Source: an uncultured Granulosicoccaceae bacterium
GTDB lineage: Bacteria > Pseudomonadota > Gammaproteobacteria > Granulosicoccales > Granulosicoccaceae
Length of the DNA: 64,000 bases
Assembly: GCA_938005265.1 (NCBI GenBank)
Contig: CALLOA010000052.1
Location: forward strand, 1,408-65,407
Reading direction: 5' to 3'
The translations under genes were made by a program, and so were the position numbers. Shown here in pieces: positions 56,532-64,000 of this stretch; the stretch's first letter is position 1, and every line of letters begins with the position of its first letter. The notes under the pieces were generated by a model. That model did no database searches and was not told the origin of the DNA. It saw nothing but the letters and a program-made list of their open reading frames with translations.

Positions 56532-56644
56532 AAGGGTCTGCGTGAATGCTCTGTAATGGCCCTTCGTTATTATTTTTGATCGTCCGCTCCAACTGGTGTA
56601 GTTTGTCTTTGAAGTCAACTGTATCAAACCCAAGCACAGGGCCT

Positions 56645-57154
56645 ATGTTTAATTTCAAGTCTCTTATTCTCATATTTCTGTTATCGATTCAGTTGTCAGG
56701 CTGCGGGTTTGCCTTACGCGGCAGTGACGCCGAGGGTCTGGCGCTCGGGGAAATATTTGTTGATGCCGCGGCTGATGTGCCGATTGCAGCATTACTAAGG
56801 GAAAAAATTGCTGATCAGGGACTGATCGTTGCGGATAATCGTGAGCGGGCGAATGTACTTGTGCGACTGACGCGCGAAAATCAAGGACAGAGAGTTTTGT
56901 CGGTGCAAAGTGAGGGTAAGGTCAGTGAATTTGAGTTACGCCATGTAGTCGATATGGTGGTAGTTAAGGCGCCAGATGGTGAATTTGCGCGCTACAGCCC
57001 CGGCCTGCAGTCGAATCGCGTATCGGTGCGACGTGAGTACACATTTGATGACACAGGTGTACTAGGCAAGGAGGATGAGGCCTCCATTCTGCAGCGGGAG
57101 ATGCGTGATGAGCTTGCACGTACACTGCTGGTAAGAATAATTGCCAGTGGCTAG
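56645..57154 (+). CDS. lptE: LPS-assembly lipoprotein LptE (RlpB)
   Basis: 169 aa from ATG 56645. The lipobox LSGCGFALRG is characteristic of LptE, and the gene sits in the leuS neighbourhood. Confidence 0.8.
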   Translation: MFNFKSLILIFLLSIQLSGCGFALRGSDAEGLALGEIFVDAAADVPIAALLREKIADQGLIVADNRERANVLVRLTRENQGQRVLSVQSEGKVSEFELRHVVDMVVVKAPDGEFARYSPGLQSNRVSVRREYTFDDTGVLGKEDEASILQREMRDELARTLLVRIIASG

Positions 57155-57169
57155 ATGCCGCTTTGCTTG

Positions 57170-58108
57170 TCAGTAGCCACGCACACGATCCACCAGCCCG
57201 GTCAATTCACTACCAGCCTCGGCGCGCTTGATATTGGCGGCAATCTGGCGCACGGATTCCTGCATTTGTGTGGGGCCTGCTACGTGAGGGGTGATCAGGA
57301 CTGCCGGGTGAGACCACAGCGGGTGGTTTCCGGGCAAAGGCTCCGGGTCGGTAACGTCAAGTAAAGCGCCACGGAGCTTGCCCGATTCAAGGGCTTCAAG
57401 TAGCGCCGCGGTATCTACATGTTTACCTCTTGCTGCATTTATCAGGAACGTACCGTTGGCGAGTTGCTCCAGCAGTTGTTTGTTAATTATTCCATGGGTA
57501 TCCGGAGTCAGTGGTAACAGGCACACCAGGGTATCCAGATTGTCTAAAAACCCGGGCAGGCCCTCTGTGCCGGCATGGAAATCGATACCTTCAACCGTCT
57601 TCTGACTGCGCGACCAGCCTTTGACATGATAGTTGTTGGAAACCAGGCGCTTTGCTACCACACGGCCAATTGTGCCTAAGCCGAGTATTCCAACAGTAGT
57701 GTCGGCCGCGTGAACTTCCCGGTCGCTGTTATCCCATTCCTGAAGAGCCTGTTTGCTGCGATAGTGGTCAAATGAACGCTGGGCATGAAGTACGCCGTAA
57801 AGCACATATTCAGCAATCTTGTCTGCCATGCCGGCATCTTCCAGTCTTGCAAGCGGAACCTCTGGCGGGAGCGATGGGTGATCAAGCAAGTGATCAACGC
57901 CCGCTGCAACCGAAAATATGGCTTGCAGATTGTCCAATCCATCAAAAAAATCTTCCGGTGGATTCCATGCAATCGCGTAGCGGGCACTTTGTCGGGTTGC
58001 GGTATCGGTTTCCTGCCAGTTCCAGATTGGTAAATCCGGCAATTCGGTTTGCAGGTTTTTTCGCACTTGCTCACCGGATGCATCGCTACTGAAGAATATG
58101 ATTGCCAT
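57170..58108 (-). CDS. D-isomer-specific 2-hydroxyacid dehydrogenase (glyoxylate/hydroxypyruvate reductase A-like)
   Basis: 312 aa with the NAD motif GILGLGTIGRVVA and the catalytic region LINAARGKHVD...ALLDV...PHVAG. Confidence 0.85.
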   Translation of the reverse strand: MAIIFFSSDASGEQVRKNLQTELPDLPIWNWQETDTATRQSARYAIAWNPPEDFFDGLDNLQAIFSVAAGVDHLLDHPSLPPEVPLARLEDAGMADKIAEYVLYGVLHAQRSFDHYRSKQALQEWDNSDREVHAADTTVGILGLGTIGRVVAKRLVSNNYHVKGWSRSQKTVEGIDFHAGTEGLPGFLDNLDTLVCLLPLTPDTHGIINKQLLEQLANGTFLINAARGKHVDTAALLEALESGKLRGALLDVTDPEPLPGNHPLWSHPAVLITPHVAGPTQMQESVRQIAANIKRAEAGSELTGLVDRVRGY

Positions 58109-58201
58109 GATTTTGTTTACCGAATTTTTTTAAATTTAATTTTTCCGGCAACGCCATTACTACCGGCTTGCCTGTATTCAGGATTGTGTTAATGTCGAGA
58201 A

Positions 58202-59605
58202 ATGCCAAACACACTTGCAAGTCTTTCACAACGCCTGCAAACGGGTGACTGCTCAGCGCTTGAACTGTTGCAGGATACTTTACAAAGTTGCCGGCAACCA
58301 GCTGCAGAGCATGTGTTTACGCTCCTTACCGAAGATATGGCCATTCAGCAGGCCGAGCATGCAGATCGTTTGCGTCAGTCCGGTAAAGCTGGTCCCTGGG
58401 CCGGCATCCCCATAACCATAAAAGATCTCTTTGATCTTGAGGGTACGGTAACCACTGCAGGTTCCAGGGCACTTGCTGATAGTGAGCCCGCTGCATCGAC
58501 CGCACCATCGATCCAGCGCTTGATCGACGCCGGATTTGTCATCGTCGGTAAGGTGAATATGACCGAGTTCGCTTATTCGGGATTGGGCCTGAATCCTCAT
58601 TATGGCACCCCGGTAAACCCCTGGTCGCGTGAGTCTCAACTCATCCCGGGAGGTTCAAGTGCAGGTGGTGCGGTTTCAGTTGCGCTCGATATTGTTGCAG
58701 CGACAATTGGCACAGACACAGGAGGTTCTGTGAGAATCCCTGCTTCGCTGTGTAACCTGACTGGTTTCAAACCTTCGTCGACTGCTGTACCCGCCCAAGG
58801 TGTGGTGCCGCTGGCGCAGTCTCTTGACAGTATCGGCCCACTCGCCAACTCAGTGGCCTGTTGCTCAGTGCTGCATGGCCTTATGTCTGCAGGCACGGCC
58901 TCACCCATGCCATATGAGCAGACGCAAACGCAGACGACAGCGTTACCGGAATTGCGCCTGCTGGTACCTGAACAATCTGCCTTATGGCGTCAGGCAGATC
59001 CCGCTATTGCCTCACGATGCGAAGCAGCATTACAACGGCTTGAGGATGCTGGTGCGGAGCTTGTAAGAACAGACACGCAATTTTTTGACAAGGTCCTGGA
59101 ATCTGGTGTGCAGGGTGTTCTCGCGGGTTTTGAATCGGCATGCTGGCACCGTGATCTGCTGACAACAGCTCGAGAACTGTATGACCCTAGAGTTATTTCG
59201 AGGATTGATAATGGCGCGAGTATCGGCGAGGCCCATTATCATGAAGCACTAAAGCTTCGTGCTGTATTCCAACAGCAATACCGGGAGTTATTGGCTTCCT
59301 TTGATGCTGTTGTCTGGCCTACAACTGCTCTGCATGCACCAGCATTCACAGAACTGGAATCTGATCAGGAATACAGCCGGCTTAATCTCGAATTGCTGCG
59401 CAATACCAGCGTTGGCAATGTTCTTGATGCCGCTGCGGTATCACTGCCATTGCCTTGTGGCTGGTCTCCTCTGCCATCACTTTCCGGGCAAACGAGTAAT
59501 GGAAACAATCTGCTACCTGCGGGATTAATGCTGCACCAATGTGGAGAGAAAGACCGCGAGCTTTTAAGGCTCGCGGCTCTGGTAGAACATATAGTTACAG
59601 TTTAG
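58202..59605 (+). CDS. Amidase-signature family amidase
   Basis: 467 aa with GGSSAGGAVSVA and GTDTGGSVRIPAS. Confidence 0.85.
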   Translation: MPNTLASLSQRLQTGDCSALELLQDTLQSCRQPAAEHVFTLLTEDMAIQQAEHADRLRQSGKAGPWAGIPITIKDLFDLEGTVTTAGSRALADSEPAASTAPSIQRLIDAGFVIVGKVNMTEFAYSGLGLNPHYGTPVNPWSRESQLIPGGSSAGGAVSVALDIVAATIGTDTGGSVRIPASLCNLTGFKPSSTAVPAQGVVPLAQSLDSIGPLANSVACCSVLHGLMSAGTASPMPYEQTQTQTTALPELRLLVPEQSALWRQADPAIASRCEAALQRLEDAGAELVRTDTQFFDKVLESGVQGVLAGFESACWHRDLLTTARELYDPRVISRIDNGASIGEAHYHEALKLRAVFQQQYRELLASFDAVVWPTTALHAPAFTELESDQEYSRLNLELLRNTSVGNVLDAAAVSLPLPCGWSPLPSLSGQTSNGNNLLPAGLMLHQCGEKDRELLRLAALVEHIVTV

Positions 59606-59671
59606 GCGTTACAGATCAGTCCGACTGACGCTGTAGGTTCAGCATCTTGGGGGTAGGGGTTAGCCTTTGGC

Positions 59672-60949
59672 TCAGACCGGGTAGTCCCGTCGTGCAGCAC
59701 CTGTGTAGATTTGACGCGGCCGGCCAATTCGGCCTTCAGGATCTTCGTGCATTTCCATCCAGTGGGAAATCCACCCGACTGTACGCGACATTGCGAACAT
59801 AACGGTGAACATACTCATCGGGATATCGAGTGCACGAAGAATGATGCCCGAGTAAAAATCTACATTCGGGTACAAGCGTCGTTCTTTGAAATAGTCGTCC
59901 GCCAGTGTCTTTTGCTCAAGTTCGCGTGCCAGATCAAACATCGGTTGATCGCCGCCTAGATCATCGAGTAACTCGTGACACATTTGCTGAATAATTTTTG
60001 CTCTGGGATCAAAGTTTTTGTAAACACGATGACCAAAACCCATCAAACGGAACGGGTCATTTTTGTCTTTGGCGCGCGCAATAGTTTGATCGATGGTTTC
60101 ACCGGAATCCTGAATCGCGTCGAGCATGTTCATCACAGCTTCGTTGGCACCACCATGAGCGGGCCCCCACAAGCTTGCGATACCCGCTGCTATGGAAGCA
60201 AACGGGTTGGCTCCCGAGCTACCCGCCAAGCGTACAGTAGAGGTACTGGCATTCTGTTCATGATCGGCATGCAGAATCATGATGAGTTCGAGTGCTTTGA
60301 CTGCAACCGGGTTCGGTTCGAACTGCTCCGCCGGCACTGCAAACATCAGCCGTGTAAAATTTTCTACGTAACTCAGAGTATTGTCCGGATACATAAACGG
60401 CAAGCCGCGCGAATGGTTGTGGCAGTAAGACGCAATCGTTGGCATTTTCGCTATGAGGCGCTGTGCTGAAATTTCCCGGTGCTTGGGATTATTGATATCC
60501 AGCGAATCATGGTAGAAAGAGGATAGGGCACCCACCGTACCAACCAGCATAGCCATTGGATGGGCGTCGTAACGAAAGCCGCTGATAAAATCTCTGATAT
60601 TTTCATGCACCATCGTGTGTTGCTTGATGATGTTGTTGAACTTGGCGGACTCCTCTGGTGTCGGTAGCTCTCCGTACATCAGCAAATGGCAGACTTCCAG
60701 ATAATCACTGTGTTCTGCAAGTTGTTCGATTGGGTATCCGCGATAGAGCAGAATGCCTTCATCTCCGTCTATGAAAGTGATAGCGCTCTTGCAGCTGGCT
60801 GTTGTGGCATAACCGGGGTCATAGGTAAAAACACCCGCATCTTTGTAAAGGCCCCTGACATCTGCGCATTCCGGTCCATGCGTGCCCTTTAGCATGGGCA
60901 GTTCTGAAGATTTACCCCCTGGAGTCGAAAATTTGCTGGTCGAGGACAT
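59672..60949 (-). CDS. gltA: Citrate synthase (type II)
   Basis: 425 aa from ATG 60949 (the ORF track starts one codon earlier at TTG 60952), with an AGGAGA Shine-Dalgarno upstream. Motifs are [14 protein letters not shown] and [11 protein letters not shown]. Confidence 0.95.
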   Translation of the reverse strand: MSSTSKFSTPGGKSSELPMLKGTHGPECADVRGLYKDAGVFTYDPGYATTASCKSAITFIDGDEGILLYRGYPIEQLAEHSDYLEVCHLLMYGELPTPEESAKFNNIIKQHTMVHENIRDFISGFRYDAHPMAMLVGTVGALSSFYHDSLDINNPKHREISAQRLIAKMPTIASYCHNHSRGLPFMYPDNTLSYVENFTRLMFAVPAEQFEPNPVAVKALELIMILHADHEQNASTSTVRLAGSSGANPFASIAAGIASLWGPAHGGANEAVMNMLDAIQDSGETIDQTIARAKDKNDPFRLMGFGHRVYKNFDPRAKIIQQMCHELLDDLGGDQPMFDLARELEQKTLADDYFKERRLYPNVDFYSGIILRALDIPMSMFTVMFAMSRTVGWISHWMEMHEDPEGRIGRPRQIYTGAARRDYPV

Positions 60950-61182
60950 CAATAATTCTCCTGTTCTGTTTTTTTGTGATGGCTGGTTGAGGAGCCTGAT
61001 AAGGCTTAAACAACCTGATAAAGCAAAGTCCGGAAAATCAAGGGTTTAACTGCGATAGCAGTGAGCCCCTGACGTTCAACTGGATTCTGGCCAGATACTG
61101 TTTCTGGACTGGGCAATCTACTTTAAAAGCACCAAGCGTTGATGAGGCAATTACGGCTTCGTATTTGCGTCGAATTTGCATC

Positions 61183-61209
61183 GTATTCGCAGTATTCGCA
61201 GTATTCGCA
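61183..61209. repeat. 9-bp tandem repeat x3 (GTATTCGCA)
   Basis: Three perfect copies, preceded by degenerate copies (GTATTTGCG, AATTTGCA). Confidence 0.9.
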
Positions 61210-61313
61210 TTGAATCTGATTACAGCCATACCCGTTTTTCGGGTGAAATATCGCCCGGGCGGGATATCACATGGGGAAAATCGCATAGAAAAGGTACGAT
61301 GTTCCCAGCTGTT

Positions 61314-61381
61314 GTTGGTCTGACTATTGTTGGTCTGACTATTTATCGGCAATTGCTATGAATATCGGCAATTGCTATGAA
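61314..61381. repeat. Two adjacent perfect tandem duplications (15 bp x2, then 19 bp x2)
   Basis: GTTGGTCTGACTATT x2 spans 61314-61343. It is followed directly by TATCGGCAATTGCTATGAA x2 at 61344-61381. Confidence 0.9.
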
Positions 61382-61912
61382 GCCCGTAGCCATCAAGCCG
61401 TTTCCAGCCAGCATTCAGATCTAGCACACCGCCTGTGGCAGCTTCATACCCCGGATCAGGGTTCGGAGCCAAGTTTGACTTGTACTCAGTCGTTCGATTA
61501 TATCGCGCGTAGCGCTGCAATCGAAGCAATATAAAGTATAAGCCATAAGAAAGTTCTTTCGCGGCTAGCCAAAAGGTCAGTCGTGCAACCTGTCCAGGCC
61601 GGTCCGGATCACTTTCCAACCCCGAAAATTCCAAAGAAAATCTGTTTTAGCTCTCAAAAATCGCCTGCAAAGCGGATCTATCTTGCAGTAGTACACAAAA
61701 GTACACATTTCGACGCTGGTGGCATCAAAGGGCTGGAAACCAAGCCGATACCCATTTCAGAACGAGGATATATCAAAACATCCTGCGTGAAAGAGCACGA
61801 ATGGAGGACACCGGCAACCCGCTTATCTTCGCCATAAAAATGCACCTCGCCCAAAGACGAGGATAATAAAGAAGGTATTTAAACGGCTGCGAAATGGCTT
61901 GTTCTCGACTAT

Positions 61913-61940
61913 GGGGTGCAATAGCGCCCCATTATTTTTT
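61913..61940 (+). terminator. Rho-independent terminator
   Basis: GGGGTGC-aata-GCGCCCC (7-bp stem with one G.U pair) is followed by ATTATTTTTT. It lies about 30 nt before the reading frame of the downstream sensor gene opens (after the TAA at 61970-61972). Confidence 0.7.
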
Positions 61941-62092
61941 CATTTAAACAGGATTTACCCGGTGCGTATTAATTGAGTGCTAATTGGCGATACGCCCACA
62001 CAAATCCAGGGAATCACACCCGCAAAGCATCCAGAAGCACCCTGAGTGCATTTGCAAGCACCAATACCGGAACGATTCCGGGGGAAGAAACA

Positions 62093-64000
62093 TTGCTGGA
62101 TGAGTCAACAAAACTGAATCTGCAAGCTCGTCAAACCAAGTTGGTCTATGACAAGGCGATAATCATAGCGCTGTTTGGCATTTTGGTGGCTGTTGTACTG
62201 GCGGTAGCCAGTTTTGTTGTGGAATCAGGGTTACATGGATTCTACTGGCTCTTGTGCACATCAACGGTCTGTGCCGGTTATGTATTCATGGCTGACCGCT
62301 TCTCGCGCGACGAATCTGCCAGCGACCGCATTGGCGTCTGGCACCGAAGAATTCTTTTACTGGCATTGCTAAGTGGATGCGTATGGGGATTGTCAGCCTG
62401 GGTCCTCTTCACGAATGAAAGCCCTGCATACAAATTTTTCCTCTACACGATACTGGCCGGATTGGCAGCTATTTCCTTATCAGTGTTTGCATCGCGTTTT
62501 ACAGTCTTCGCTGCATTCAGTATTCCATTACTTTCAATAGTGACTTTGGAAACCTTGCATCACAATGGCATTTTTCCGTTTTTTGGCGGCTTTCTCGCGG
62601 TTTTCGGACTAACGCTGCTTCGAGTTGGCTGGACGCACTACCAGGATATTGCGTTCATGTGCTCACTAGAAAATGAAAATACCAGGTTGTGCGACGAAGT
62701 TACAGAATTCAGAGAACAAACCGCCAATATCGCGAAGAAGCAGGCTGCTACTCTCACAGTGCTGGATGAGGCTGGCGTCCTGTTATGGCAAACAGGTCCA
62801 GAGTTGCTGATTACTCAGACATCGCCACGATTTTGCGATTTGACCGGCTTACAATCCGCGGAACTAAAAGGCAAACCAATTACTGATCTGTTGGAGCCTG
62901 ATGAGGTTAACCCCGACGGATATCGTGACTTGCTGATGGCCCTTTCACAACGGCACAGTTTCAAAGATATAGATTGTGTGGTTACCCAAAGCAATGGTAG
63001 TCAGCTGTTGCTACAGATTTCCGCACGACCTGAAACGGACGAGAATGGTGATTTCTTCGGTTTTAAAGGGTATTGCAAAGATGTGACTGCAAGTGGGCAG
63101 GTCATCAGGCAGTTGAGTTTCCAGAAACAGCACGACTCCCTTACAGGGTTTATTAACCGTGAAGAATTTCTGAACAGACTGTCGGTGTTTGTACCGCCGG
63201 TTAACCTCCGTGCAATGGTGCCGCACGTAATATATATCGATGTGCGGAATTTGAAACTTGTCAATGACACGCTGGGATTGGCTGCTGGTGATGAAGTATT
63301 TGTGGAGCTGGCAAAAGTACTCGAAAACAGTATCGGTCAGGAAGCAACGCTCTCACGATTGGGTGGTGGGGCGTTTGGTGTATTGTTACCGCCTGGTGAG
63401 CTGTCCGACGCATTGCAAATTGCGAGTCAAACGATTGAATCGTTGAATGCCTACCGTTATCACGAAAGGGATTTGAGTTTTTCGATTCAGGCCAGGGCAG
63501 GTATTGCGGGAGTCACTCCACAAATGGATACAGCCGCAGTAGTTTTGAATTGCGCACATAGTGCCTGCCGTAAAATAGATGTTGAGGATAGAAACCCGAT
63601 TGGCGTTTACCGGCAAGGAAGCAAGCAAGTTCCTGGTGAAAACGCCACTGACTCCGTGGTTGAACTACTAAGCAGCCTGGAAAATCGTAGCCTCTGCGTG
63701 CAGTACCAGCCCGTGCTTGATGTCGCCAGCGGTGAAACTGTCTGGCTCGAAGCTCTACTTGCCAGTAAATCAGCTGACGGCAGTATAAAATTAGTGGGCG
63801 AAAGACTGGCTGAAGCGATCAAGCATGGTGTTGTTTTGCGCTTTGATCGATGGGTCGTGGACACGGTATTGCGGGAAATTTCTGCGGCCCGTAGTGGTGT
63901 CGAGTGCGGCATCATTATTAATTTGACTGCAGCTTCCATGATGGACAGGCAGTTCCCCGGCTATGTTCATGAGCGCATAGAAAAGTACGGTGTCGAACCG
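62093..64000 (+). CDS. Membrane-anchored PAS-GGDEF(degenerate)-EAL signalling protein (partial, runs off right edge)
   Basis: The frame is open from 61973 to the window end and is absent from the ORF track because no stop is reached. The proposed TTG start at 62093 is preceded by GGGGAAG and is uncertain. The N-terminus has about 5 hydrophobic helices, followed by a PAS-like segment. The GGDEF domain has RLGGGAFGV in place of GGDEF (63362-63376). The EAL domain has QYQPVLDVASGETVWLEALLA. Confidence 0.8.
   Translation, partial: MLDESTKLNLQARQTKLVYDKAIIIALFGILVAVVLAVASFVVESGLHGFYWLLCTSTVCAGYVFMADRFSRDESASDRIGVWHRRILLLALLSGCVWGLSAWVLFTNESPAYKFFLYTILAGLAAISLSVFASRFTVFAAFSIPLLSIVTLETLHHNGIFPFFGGFLAVFGLTLLRVGWTHYQDIAFMCSLENENTRLCDEVTEFREQTANIAKKQAATLTVLDEAGVLLWQTGPELLITQTSPRFCDLTGLQSAELKGKPITDLLEPDEVNPDGYRDLLMALSQRHSFKDIDCVVTQSNGSQLLLQISARPETDENGDFFGFKGYCKDVTASGQVIRQLSFQKQHDSLTGFINREEFLNRLSVFVPPVNLRAMVPHVIYIDVRNLKLVNDTLGLAAGDEVFVELAKVLENSIGQEATLSRLGGGAFGVLLPPGELSDALQIASQTIESLNAYRYHERDLSFSIQARAGIAGVTPQMDTAAVVLNCAHSACRKIDVEDRNPIGVYRQGSKQVPGENATDSVVELLSSLENRSLCVQYQPVLDVASGETVWLEALLASKSADGSIKLVGERLAEAIKHGVVLRFDRWVVDTVLREISAARSGVECGIIINLTAASMMDRQFPGYVHERIEKYGVEP

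Noticed and set aside
61038-61634. Two minus-strand ORFs (92 and 104 aa) in the same frame separated by a single TAG, considered as a pseudogene or stop-codon read-through
   Set aside because: The in-frame junction is created by the 19-bp tandem duplication. Removing one copy makes the upstream ORF end at a TAA instead. The downstream ORF starts with TTG and contains repeat-encoded NSQTN x2 and NTA x3. I see no family resemblance.
1-64000. Scan for tRNA/rRNA genes, CRISPR arrays, IS elements, integrases, phage genes, toxin-antitoxin pairs and known defence-system signatures
   Set aside because: None recognised. There are no T-loop-like GGTTCGAATCC motifs outside CDS, no spaced repeat arrays, and no transposase, recombinase or reverse-transcriptase-like ORFs. 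The only nuclease-like orphan (the PLD-like protein) lacks partner genes. This was a by-eye scan only and has not been confirmed with tools.

Overview
This is a chromosomal window from a Gammaproteobacteria-like genome, judged from leuS/lptE, argS and gltA housekeeping genes and RutR-type operators. I count about 50 protein-coding genes. By eye there is no rRNA, tRNA, CRISPR array, transposase, integrase or phage gene. Gene content from left to right: (1) the last codons of a CobS-like gene plus a full CobT-like vWA gene. (2) A reductive pyrimidine-catabolism island: preT, preA, a RutR-like TetR regulator, mmsA, an M20 carbamoyl-amidohydrolase, dihydropyrimidinase and a 4-gene NitT/TauT-type ABC importer. 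Near-consensus RutR boxes sit upstream of preT and mmsA, and a VanZ-like gene and a UDG-superfamily gene interrupt the island on the opposite strand. (3) Two divergent paralogous Gpt/Hpt-like phosphoribosyltransferases. (4) A 608-bp non-coding gap, then an orphan basic-tailed protein followed by six catabolic genes: MDR alcohol dehydrogenase, BKACE, L-carnitine-dehydrogenase-like, acyl-CoA dehydrogenase, ADP-forming acyl-CoA synthetase and crotonase. This looks like a carnitine/gamma-butyrobetaine-type route. (5) argS, an RNase II-family protein, RidA, a maleate-isomerase-like protein, a C45 acyltransferase, an aldo-keto reductase, an RHH_4 protein and a Rieske oxygenase. (6) A peptidoglycan amidase and a secreted GH3 enzyme. 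(7) A 1926-aa head-to-tail fusion of two UvrA units. (8) A PhyH dioxygenase translationally coupled to an EntD-type PPTase, then a second CobS/CobT-like pair. (9) leuS separated from lptE by a 3.8-kb insertion carrying an EamA transporter, a YcbB-like L,D-transpeptidase and a single-HKD PLD-like protein. (10) A 2-hydroxyacid dehydrogenase, an amidase and gltA, then a 1.1-kb orphan region rich in tandem duplications. (11) A membrane PAS-GGDEF(degenerate)-EAL protein that runs off the right edge and is missing from the ORF track. Most of the window is ordinary core or catabolic DNA, and I did not find a clear novel multi-gene system such as a defence island. The most unusual items are the covalently duplicated UvrA with non-equivalent halves, the two CobS/CobT-like AAA+/vWA pairs without cobN context, an 18-bp x3 direct repeat lying over the ribosome-binding region of the PhyH gene, a high density of near-perfect short tandem duplications in intergenic DNA, and the orphan region next to gltA. 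All family calls are by-eye motif recognition and no searches were run.
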